A stretch of DNA of 64,000 nt from assembly GCA_030691635.1 (NCBI GenBank), contig JAUYEF010000221.1, forward strand, positions 13,929 through 77,928, read 5' to 3'. The first letter of the stretch is position 1; every line of letters begins with the position of its first letter. This DNA is from Bacillota bacterium (GTDB lineage Bacteria; Bacillota; Sulfobacillia; JAUYEF01). The translations under genes and the position numbers were made by a program. The notes below the pieces were generated by a model. It searched no databases and was not told where the DNA came from. It saw only the letters and a program-made list of their open reading frames with translations. Positions 46,529 to 54,280 of this stretch are shown here, one piece after another.

Positions 46529-47914
46529 CTAGCAGGGAATTTTCAGACCGGCAAAGCACGCGGCGACGGTGGAGAGCTGGTCTTGCGGGACCGTCCGCAC
46601 ATCCATCACGAGCCTGCCCTCGTGCAGGCGGGCGATGACCGGCGGAGACGCCTGCCTGAGCTTTTTCGCGAGTGATGCCGCGCTTTCTCCTGGGACCTCC
46701 ACAGAGACGAGCCACGACTCGAGCCATACACCGGGGAACGACCCCCCGCCGGGACACGACTGGCCCCGCAGCACGCAGAATCTTCCCTGAGGTACCGCTT
46801 CCTTCAACATGCTCGCCAGGGATCCGGCCATATCCTCAAGTTTCTCGCCCGGCCTGGTAAGCATCTCGAGGACAGGTATGTCCTCCAGCGGCCTGCCGAA
46901 AGCGTAGATTCGAAGGGTCGCGGAGAGGGCGGCCAGCGTGGTCTTGTCCGGCCGCAGAGCCCTGGCGAGAGGGTGACGCTTCACTCGCGCGAGATACTGT
47001 GCCTTCCCGGCGATGATCCCGGCCTGTGGCCCGCCGAGCAGCTTGTCTCCGCTGAAAGTGACAATATCGCAGCCCAGGGCGATAATCTCAGGGACCAGCG
47101 GCTCATCCCCCAGGTCCATCCCCGGGAGCCCAGTCATCAGGCCGCTGCCACAGTCATAAAGCAGTGGTATGCCCTTGGACTGGGCGAGCGCCTGCAGCTC
47201 TCCGGCTGCGGCCGACTCCACAAACCCGATGATCCGGTAGTTGCTTGGGTGCACCTTCAGGATGGCAGCCGTGTCCGGGGTGATGGCCTTTTCGTAGTCG
47301 GCAAGCCGGGTCCGGTTGGTCGTGCCGACCTCTATGAGTTTTGCCCCGCTCTGCTCCATGATCTCTGGAATCCGGAACGACCCGCCGATCTCAACCAGCT
47401 CCCCCCTCGCCACGATCACCTCACGTCCCCGCGCGAGCGCGGAAAGAGAGAGAAGCACCGCTCCAGCGTTATTGTTGCAGACGATAGCGGATGCCGCTCC
47501 GGTGACTCGCGTGACCAGTTCCTCCACATGGACCTGCCTGGACCCGCGTTGGCCCGTCACAAGGTCGGTTTCAAGGTCGCAGTACAGGGACGCCCTCTCC
47601 ATCGCCTCGATCGCCTGCCTGGGCAGCGGGGCGCGGCCCAGGTTCGTGTGAATGACCACGCCTGTCGCGTTTATCACCGGTGAAGGTGTAGCGCGCGCCA
47701 TACGCTGCGCGAGCAGGGCGCACTCCTTGGCGATCGTTTCCACTGCGGGCGCCGGGCCCTCGCCTTCCTCGAGCTGGCGTCTCAGGTCCTGCAGCACTTG
47801 CCTGCAGGCGGCTATGATGGCCTCTCGCGGCACCCCTGGGATTTCCCGCAGCGCGGGCTGCGATAGGATCGAATTGACCGAGGGTATCTCACGCATTGTG
47901 GTCCCAAGCCCCAA
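46529..47914 (-). CDS. selA: L-seryl-tRNA(Sec) selenium transferase
   Basis: 461-aa ORF with INATGVVIHTNLGRAPL and the PLP-lysine block FSGDKLLGGPQAGII. TTG start with GGAGG 8 nt upstream. Confidence 0.88.
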   Translation of the reverse strand: MGLGTTMREIPSVNSILSQPALREIPGVPREAIIAACRQVLQDLRRQLEEGEGPAPAVETIAKECALLAQRMARATPSPVINATGVVIHTNLGRAPLPRQAIEAMERASLYCDLETDLVTGQRGSRQVHVEELVTRVTGAASAIVCNNNAGAVLLSLSALARGREVIVARGELVEIGGSFRIPEIMEQSGAKLIEVGTTNRTRLADYEKAITPDTAAILKVHPSNYRIIGFVESAAAGELQALAQSKGIPLLYDCGSGLMTGLPGMDLGDEPLVPEIIALGCDIVTFSGDKLLGGPQAGIIAGKAQYLARVKRHPLARALRPDKTTLAALSATLRIYAFGRPLEDIPVLEMLTRPGEKLEDMAGSLASMLKEAVPQGRFCVLRGQSCPGGGSFPGVWLESWLVSVEVPGESAASLAKKLRQASPPVIARLHEGRLVMDVRTVPQDQLSTVAACFAGLKIPC

Positions 47915-48055
47915 CCGTCCGACCTCCCACTCCGGGGTCTACCTGTCTTATCAATTATACATTATCCCCGCCGGCTCTTGCCTTCTGCACCAATAGTGTC
48001 CACACGCAGGTGGATAAGTTGCGCCCCGGGCATAGAAAGAGCCAGATTGGCGGCT

Positions 48056-48082
48056 TACATTTCGGCGATAGCCTGCCGATAA
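48056..48082 (+). promoter_or_regulatory. sigma-28 (SigD/FliA)-type promoter candidate upstream of the tad riboswitch
   Basis: TACATTTC-N11-GCCGATAA compared with the enteric sigma-28 consensus TAAAGTTT-N11-GCCGATAA. Equivalently, TACA-N15-GCCGATAA compared with the B. subtilis SigD consensus TAAA-N15-GCCGATAT. The -10 element is perfect or near-perfect, the -35 is weak, and the spacing is exact. Confidence 0.3.
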
Positions 48083-48184
48083 AGAACTTGGAGACACCAC
48101 AATCTCCATCATCATTTCCAGCAGGCGAAGCGCTCTATTCTTCTAAAGGCAGGACACAGTTTCACCAGCAAGGCTTGACCTCAA

Positions 48185-48282
48185 AACGACAAAGGCAAAC
48201 CCGCCGAAAGACGGGGACGCAAAGCCACGGGTCTGTGACGGGATCGTTTGCCGTTATGACGGCCGGGTTGCCGAAAGGTCAG
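48185..48282 (+). promoter_or_regulatory. c-di-GMP-I (GEMM-I) riboswitch aptamer in the tad-operon leader
   Basis: CGACAAAGGCAAACCCGCCGAAAGACGGGGACGCAAAGCCACGGGTCTGTGACGGGATCGTTTGCCGTTATGACGGCCGGGTTGCCGAAAGG. It has the same hallmark blocks as the flgB copy, with a variable P3 apex (ACGG...CCGT). It lies 120-150 nt upstream of the first tad ORF. Confidence 0.85.
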
Positions 48283-48431
48283 GGGAAAGATGCCCCTCAC
48301 CCGTCGCCTCCTCCGGCTGTCACCGGGAAGACCCCCTTACCAGGATCTCTCCGGCATCGCCCAGCGCAGCAGCAACGAGCGGCAACAGGAACCGGACCCA
48401 TTTCATGCCACCGGATGAGGGCGGGGATCGC

Positions 48432-48839
48432 ATGGTGCTCGACGCAATCAGACGTATGCTGCACAATCAGGACGGTCAGGCTCTCGTCGAAATCGCCCTG
48501 CTTCTTCCCATCGTCTGCCTGCTGCTGTTCGGCATAACGGAGTTCGGACGTGCCTACCAGGCCTACCTCGCCCTGGGGCATGCCGCGAGAGAGGGGGCGC
48601 GGATCGGCTCGCTCGGGGGCTTGGACAGCGAAATCGACACGACCGTGAGGAACTGCGCTTCCGGGCTGAATACGGCGAGCATCGTGGTAGCCATAACCCC
48701 ATCGGAGCCGGAACGGCTTACGGGGACGGTGGTCACAGTCCAGGTCAGCTACTCCTTCCCCATCGTTGTGCCTATCATCTCCAACATCTCGGGTACGACC
48801 ATACCTCTTTCCGTAAGTCTCAGTATGCGTGTCGAGTAA
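48432..48839 (+). CDS. TadE-like pseudopilin / pilus assembly protein
   Basis: The N-terminus ...HNQDGQALVEIALLLPIVCLLLFGITEFGRAY is the TadE-family motif (G-x4-E followed by a hydrophobic helix). Start set at ATG 48432 (GAGGG upstream); the track ORF starts at 48405. Confidence 0.75.
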   Translation: MVLDAIRRMLHNQDGQALVEIALLLPIVCLLLFGITEFGRAYQAYLALGHAAREGARIGSLGGLDSEIDTTVRNCASGLNTASIVVAITPSEPERLTGTVVTVQVSYSFPIVVPIISNISGTTIPLSVSLSMRVE

Positions 48840-48852
48840 AGGAGGAGTCTCC

Positions 48853-49764
48853 ATGTGGCGACACATGTCTGGACAGGACGGGTACGTGTTGCCCGTCTTC
48901 GTTGTGTTCATGACCGTCGTCATCGGGATTGGGGCCATCACGCTTGACGCCGGGAGAATGTACACGACCAAACTGATGCTGAGGAACATCTCGGATGCAG
49001 CGGCTCTTGCGGGCGTGGCCTCGCTCCCCGGGAGCACCTCTAATGCGATCGCAACGGCCATAGAGTACGCGGTGCTAAACGGCGCAGACCCGGACAAAGT
49101 CCTGGTGGAGGTGAGCAGCAACAACGACAAACTCATGGTTGCCGTCACCAAGACCTTGCAGCTCAATTTTGCGGGGCTTATCTCTGCCGGTACCGTTAAC
49201 ATCAGTGCCACTTCCACCGCAGGAATCGGCGTCACCAGGCAGGCCAGAATGGCACAGCCATTCGGCATTGAGGACGCAGTTTTCGTGATCGGTGAATCCT
49301 ACGTATTGAAAGTCTCACCCCATAGCTCAGACCCGCCCCCGTACGGCAACTTCTATGCGCTGGCACTCGGCCTTCCAGGCGCTAAGACTTATAGTCAGAA
49401 CATAATGTACGGCTACGACGGCTGGATATCGGTTGGGGACATGATCGAAACCGAGCCGGGTAATATGGATGGTCCCACTTCAGACGGTGTGCGGTACCGC
49501 ATCAACCAGGACCCGGGCGCCACATTCGACAAATTCGTCCCGTCATCGCCAAGGGTCATCCTTATCCCCATTGTCGATTCGTTCGAAGTGAATGGACGAA
49601 CGACAGTCAGGATCGAGGGCTTCGCCAGTTTCTTCCTCGAGAGTTATAACCTCTCTCAAGACGAGATCGTCGGGCGGTTTATGCGCAGGATCGTCCCGGG
49701 GGACGCTGCCTGGGACGGTGGAGTCGCTGACTACGGCACCTCTACAGTAAAACTGATGAGATAG
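48853..49764 (+). CDS. TadG-like (Tad_N domain) pilus assembly protein
   Basis: GYVLPVFVVFMTVVIGIGAITLDAGRMYTTKLMLRNISDAAALAG matches the putative Flp-pilus-assembly TadG N-terminal domain. Start set at ATG 48853 (AAGGAGG 7 nt upstream); the track ORF starts at 48829. Confidence 0.7.
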   Translation: MWRHMSGQDGYVLPVFVVFMTVVIGIGAITLDAGRMYTTKLMLRNISDAAALAGVASLPGSTSNAIATAIEYAVLNGADPDKVLVEVSSNNDKLMVAVTKTLQLNFAGLISAGTVNISATSTAGIGVTRQARMAQPFGIEDAVFVIGESYVLKVSPHSSDPPPYGNFYALALGLPGAKTYSQNIMYGYDGWISVGDMIETEPGNMDGPTSDGVRYRINQDPGATFDKFVPSSPRVILIPIVDSFEVNGRTTVRIEGFASFFLESYNLSQDEIVGRFMRRIVPGDAAWDGGVADYGTSTVKLMR

Positions 49765-49774
49765 GAGAAGACGC

Positions 49775-50497
49775 ATGGAGAAATCTCGACTATTGAGGGC
49801 AATCGTAATACCGCTGCTCATCGGTGCTGTGGCTACCGCGCTCGTCGCCTGGTACATCCAGAGCGAGGAGAAACGGCTTTCGCCGAGCGACATGATACCC
49901 GTCGTCGTCGCCTCCAGGCCGGTCCCTGCGAAAACGATCCTGACTTCGGACGTGCTCAGCGTCAAGGGCGTGCCCCGTGCCTACGCGCCTCCCAATACTC
50001 TGACGAAAATCGAGGATGCCGTGGGCCGCGTTACGACTGTGGCGCTCAGCGAAGGCGAGCCGCTGATGGCTGCGCGTGTCGTCCAGAAGGAGAAGGCCGT
50101 GGGGCTCTCTTATTATATTCCGCAGGGCATGAGGGCCGTGACGATGTCCGTGAACGAGATCATCGGCAACGCCGCGTTCCCGGAGCCGGGCGACAGCGTG
50201 GATGTCCTTGGAACGTTCAACTTAGCCGGGCAGGACAAGACAATGACGGTGCTCGAGCGTTTGCCCATCCTGGCCGTCGTCCGCGACACCGAGGCCAAGG
50301 GCCTGCAGCAAAGAGAGCTAAAGGGCTACAGCTCTCTCACCCTTGCCGTCACGCCTCAGCAGGCAGCCACGCTGGTTTGGGCGGAGGAACGGGGCCGCTT
50401 GCGACTACTCCTCAGGCCTAAGGATTCCACCGACTACGTCGGTCACATCGAGGCCAACTTCCAGACGCTGTTTGGTGTTCAGAAGCCGCCGAAGTAA
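49775..50497 (+). CDS. cpaB: Flp pilus assembly protein CpaB/RcpC (SAF domain)
   Basis: 240-aa ORF with an N-terminal TM helix, a SAF-like segment (VVVASRPVPAKTILTSDVLSVKGVP) and the RcpC-like remainder. AGGAG Shine-Dalgarno. Confidence 0.75.
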   Translation: MEKSRLLRAIVIPLLIGAVATALVAWYIQSEEKRLSPSDMIPVVVASRPVPAKTILTSDVLSVKGVPRAYAPPNTLTKIEDAVGRVTTVALSEGEPLMAARVVQKEKAVGLSYYIPQGMRAVTMSVNEIIGNAAFPEPGDSVDVLGTFNLAGQDKTMTVLERLPILAVVRDTEAKGLQQRELKGYSSLTLAVTPQQAATLVWAEERGRLRLLLRPKDSTDYVGHIEANFQTLFGVQKPPK

Positions 50498-50554
50498 AGG
50501 CCTTTGGCCAGAGCGGCCCGGTACATCATCTGACCAGATCCCGGGGGTAAATCC

Positions 50555-51805
50555 TTGGAACGAACACGTGTCTTAATCGCTACGCGCGACCCGTCGAGGT
50601 TCGAGAAGATGATCCCCACAATCGTGGCCACAGGACGGTTCACAGTCGTGGGAATCGCGAGCAATGCAGAGACGGCGCTGGATGAATGCAAGAGGCTCAA
50701 CCCACACGTCCTGATTGCGGGCACCGATTTCCAGTCGCCCGACGTATGGCACCTGGTCAGGAAGGCCCAGGCGCTACACAATGTGGCGGTAGTGCTTGTC
50801 GGCGGATCGCAGGACACAGCTTTTCTGAGACGGGCCATGCAGTCAGGGGCGAAGGATTTCCTGTTCGAACCCCTCAAGGCCGAAGAGGTCATCGCATCTT
50901 TAGATCAGGTCCGAGATTCGGGGGGCCTGGCCAACGGGGCCGAGCCTTTGGAGGCAAAGCCACAGGGCAAGATCATCACCATCTTCGGCACAAAGGGTGG
51001 AGTGGGCAAGAGTTTCATCGCGGCGAACGTCGCCAGTAGCGCCCAAATACAGTCCAAGAAGCGCTGCGTGATAGTGGACCTGGACCTGGAGTTCGGTTGC
51101 CTGGCGGCTCTCTTCGGCCTGAGGCCCCGAGCCTCTATAGTAGATCTGTGCAGGACAGAGGGGCAGATCGAACCCGAGACCGTGGAGAAAGTGCTGATGC
51201 AGGCACAGCCCAGCCTGGACTTGCGTGTGCTGGTCTCCCCGCCCACACCGGACCTCGCCGCCGAGGTTGAGGGCGAGGGACGCAGGGTGAAAGGGCGGAG
51301 CTACGTCACGGATATCCTTTCGTGCCTGAAGCAGTCATACGACTACATCTTCGTCGACACGGCATCGAGCTTCCGTGAGACCAACATCGCCGCCCTGGAC
51401 ATGTCGGACGTGATCCTGGTGGTGACGGCTCCCGATATCCCGACCCTCCAGAATACCGGCAAGTGCCTTGACATCTTGCTTGAGGCGTTCAAGTACCCTC
51501 AGGAGAAGGTCCTGGTGGCCCTCAACAGAGCCGACGGAGGCGCCGGGCTGACCACTGAGGACATCGCCAGGGGCCTGCAGTACAGCATCAAGTACGAGCT
51601 GCCCAGTGATGGGCGGAATGTCACCTGGTCGGCCAACTGCGGTCGCCCACTTATCGTGGAGCGTCCGAAGACACCTGTCGCCGAAGCTGTGAACGCCATG
51701 GCGAGCGGACTCATCTGGCAAGTGACGAACGAACGGGCGAAAGACAAGCCTGCCAGAAGCCACCGGAGGCGTGGCGTGCTCGACTGGCTTACGTCGCGCA
51801 AGTAA
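50555..51805 (+). CDS. TadZ/CpaE: receiver-like domain fused to a ParA/MinD-type ATPase
   Basis: The N-terminal CheY-like fold (RVLIATRDPS...VLIAGTDF...VVLVGG) is followed by the deviant Walker A IITIFGTKGGVGKSFIAANVA. Confidence 0.8.
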   Translation: MERTRVLIATRDPSRFEKMIPTIVATGRFTVVGIASNAETALDECKRLNPHVLIAGTDFQSPDVWHLVRKAQALHNVAVVLVGGSQDTAFLRRAMQSGAKDFLFEPLKAEEVIASLDQVRDSGGLANGAEPLEAKPQGKIITIFGTKGGVGKSFIAANVASSAQIQSKKRCVIVDLDLEFGCLAALFGLRPRASIVDLCRTEGQIEPETVEKVLMQAQPSLDLRVLVSPPTPDLAAEVEGEGRRVKGRSYVTDILSCLKQSYDYIFVDTASSFRETNIAALDMSDVILVVTAPDIPTLQNTGKCLDILLEAFKYPQEKVLVALNRADGGAGLTTEDIARGLQYSIKYELPSDGRNVTWSANCGRPLIVERPKTPVAEAVNAMASGLIWQVTNERAKDKPARSHRRRGVLDWLTSRK

Positions 51806-51822
51806 CCTAGGAGGGTGACCCA

Positions 51823-53286
51823 GTGGCAACACTCTACAGCCGTCTGAAGAGCATCGAAGAGATGAAGAGCCGGTCGGTCAGGGACCAGTCCAGTTCTGCC
51901 GTTCCAAAACCCGAGACGATCGCCGCGGCGTTCCCGTCGAATATCGTCCCGATTCCTGACCAGGATGGCCTGGTGGACCTCGTTCCACTACCTGCGCCCC
52001 GGGCGCAGCAGAAGCATCAGGCTACCGCGACCCCGAACCCGTCTCTTGTCTCAAGGCTGCAGGACAAGCTCCTCAGCGAAGTCGATCTCACGTCGGCCAC
52101 ACGGTCCGTCATGGTCGACGATTCCCAGAGAGATAAGATCCGGCAGAAGGTCACGGAGATCCTGTCGCAGGAAGAAGGCGTCTCCCCGCTCGAGCGTGAC
52201 CAGGTGACGGAGTCGTTGATGGCCGAGATAGTGGGCTTCGGTCCCATACAGCCGCTGCTCGACGACCCGACGATCACAGAGATCATGGTCAACAAACCTA
52301 ACCAGGTGTACATAGAGCGGGCGGGCAAGATTCACCAGACAGACGTTCAGTTCCGCGACCAAAAGCACATAATGCAGGTCATAGAGAAGATCTGCGCGCC
52401 GCTCGGCCGGAGAATCGACGAGTCGAGCCCGATGGTGGACGCAAGGCTGCCGGACGGTTCTCGTGTCAATGCGATCATTGGGCCGCTGGCGTTGAGGGGG
52501 CCGTGCCTTACGATCCGTAAGTTCTCTCGCAAGCCTTTGACGATCGGCGACCTGGTCAAGTTCGGCACACTCTCAAGGAACATGGCGATGTTCCTCGAGG
52601 CGACCGTGCGCTCTCGCGTCAACGTCATAGTGTCCGGCGGCACCGGCAGCGGCAAGACCACGACGCTCAACGTGCTGTCGTCATTCGTGCCGAACGACGA
52701 GCGTATAGTGACGATCGAGGACGCAGCCGAGCTCCAGCTCGGCCAGGAACATGTCGTGGCGCTGGAAGCGCGCCCGTCGAACCTTGAGGGCCGTGGTGAG
52801 ATCACCATCCGGCAGCTCGTCAAGAACGCACTGCGCATGAGGCCCGACCGTATCGTTGTCGGTGAGGTGCGTTCAGGGGAGGCGCTGGACATGCTCCAGG
52901 CGATGAACACCGGCCACGACGGCAGTCTGACTACGGGACACGCGAATAGCCCCAGGGATATGCTTTCCAGGCTTGAGACCATGGTGCTGATGGCAGGCAT
53001 CGAGCTGCCGATCAGGGCCATCAGGGAGCAGATCGCGTCGGCCCTTGATGTGATCGTCCACCAGGCCAGGTTCAAGGACGGTTCGCGGCGGGTTACGCAC
53101 ATCACAGAGCTCCAGGGTATGGAAGGCGACATCATCTTGCTGCAGGATATCTTCGTGTTTGAACAGACCGGCATAGACCCTGAGGGTAAGATCCTCGGCC
53201 GCTACCGGGGAACGGGCATAAGGCCGAAATGCTTTGAGCGGTTCCTGGCATACGGGATAGATCTCCCGTTGCACGTTTTCGAGTGA
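51823..53286 (+). CDS. Tad secretion ATPase TadA/CpaF
   Basis: 487-aa ORF with Walker A VSGGTGSGKTTTLNVL, Asp/His boxes (IVTIEDAAELQL; GHDGSLTTGHAN) and RPDRIVVGEVRSGEA. GTG start with GGAGGG 7 nt upstream. Confidence 0.92.
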   Translation: MATLYSRLKSIEEMKSRSVRDQSSSAVPKPETIAAAFPSNIVPIPDQDGLVDLVPLPAPRAQQKHQATATPNPSLVSRLQDKLLSEVDLTSATRSVMVDDSQRDKIRQKVTEILSQEEGVSPLERDQVTESLMAEIVGFGPIQPLLDDPTITEIMVNKPNQVYIERAGKIHQTDVQFRDQKHIMQVIEKICAPLGRRIDESSPMVDARLPDGSRVNAIIGPLALRGPCLTIRKFSRKPLTIGDLVKFGTLSRNMAMFLEATVRSRVNVIVSGGTGSGKTTTLNVLSSFVPNDERIVTIEDAAELQLGQEHVVALEARPSNLEGRGEITIRQLVKNALRMRPDRIVVGEVRSGEALDMLQAMNTGHDGSLTTGHANSPRDMLSRLETMVLMAGIELPIRAIREQIASALDVIVHQARFKDGSRRVTHITELQGMEGDIILLQDIFVFEQTGIDPEGKILGRYRGTGIRPKCFERFLAYGIDLPLHVFE

Positions 53287-53296
53287 GGTTATATCT

Positions 53297-54277
53297 ATGA
53301 AGGAACTCCTGCTCGGCGCGGTATTTGTTCTCGTCTACTACGCAGCGGTGTCGGTTTTCGGCGGCCGCATCGCGCCTCAAGAAGAGGTCCAGAACCAGCT
53401 GAGACGGCAGGTCCAGATGCGGTCCACGCGCGAGCCGCTGCAGACGCAGTCGCTCGTCGCGGAGTCTCCGCGTGCGGGGCATGTGAGGCAGAAATTCTTC
53501 TCGAAGATCGACAAACAGCTGTTGACCCGGCGGGGCACGTCCGATATCGCGGCAAAGCTCAGGAAAGCCGACATCAAGCTGCAGGCGTCTGAGTTCATCC
53601 TGTCCTGCGCCGGGTCGGCGATCGGGCTCGTGGGTCTGGCTACGGCGTTCCGGCTAGGGCCGCAGCTACGGTTGGCAGCGCTGGTGATGGGAGTGTGGCT
53701 TCCGTTCTTCGTCGTCAATTTCAAGATAAACCAGCGTGTGCATGCTTTCGACGCACAGCTGTCGCCCTGTCTCGCCATGCTGTCCAATGCGTTGAAGTCA
53801 GGGTACTCCATTCACCAGGCAATAGACGTTGTTTCCCGGGAAATGCCGGCGCCTCTCTCCAAGGAATTTGGCCAGATAATGAAGGAATCGAAACTCAACA
53901 TAGCGCTCGAGGATTCTTTGCGCAACATTGCCCGAAGGATGCCCAGCTCCGACCTTGACCTTGTTGTGACAGCCGTGTTGATCCAGAGGCAGGTCGGCGG
54001 CAATCTCGGCGAGGTGCTCGACGCGATCAACTCGACCATACGCGACAGGATCAAGATCAAGGGCGAGATCAGGACGCTCACGGCCCAGGGGCGCATTTCC
54101 GGGTGGATCGTCGGAGCCCTCCCGTTCATACTTGCGGTGATGCTGTTCTCGTTGAACCGCGAATACGTCTCTGTGCTGTTCAGCCACCCGCTCGGCCTGT
54201 CGATAATAGGCCTTGGCCTGGTCATGCAGGTGATGGGAATCATGCTGATCCGGAGGATTGTGAATGTCGAGGTGTAG
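53297..54277 (+). CDS. type II secretion system F-family platform protein TadB
   Basis: 326-aa membrane ORF with the T2SSF domain (ALKSGYSIHQAIDVVSREMPAPLSKEF...LVVTAVLIQRQVGGNLGEVLD). Confidence 0.85.
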   Translation: MKELLLGAVFVLVYYAAVSVFGGRIAPQEEVQNQLRRQVQMRSTREPLQTQSLVAESPRAGHVRQKFFSKIDKQLLTRRGTSDIAAKLRKADIKLQASEFILSCAGSAIGLVGLATAFRLGPQLRLAALVMGVWLPFFVVNFKINQRVHAFDAQLSPCLAMLSNALKSGYSIHQAIDVVSREMPAPLSKEFGQIMKESKLNIALEDSLRNIARRMPSSDLDLVVTAVLIQRQVGGNLGEVLDAINSTIRDRIKIKGEIRTLTAQGRISGWIVGALPFILAVMLFSLNREYVSVLFSHPLGLSIIGLGLVMQVMGIMLIRRIVNVEV

Positions 54278-54280
54278 GCC

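Noticed and set aside
48175-48180. TTGACC hexamer just upstream of the tad aptamer, considered as a -35 box
   Set aside because: The position where a -10 would fall is already inside the conserved aptamer (GGCAAACCC), and no TATAAT-like hexamer follows.
48290-48421. 43-codon ORF in the tad leader, considered as a hidden Flp pilin
   Set aside because: The translation (MPLTRRLLRLSPGRPPYQDLSG...) is hydrophilic and lacks the G/xxxxEY leader and the hydrophobic helix of Flp pilins.
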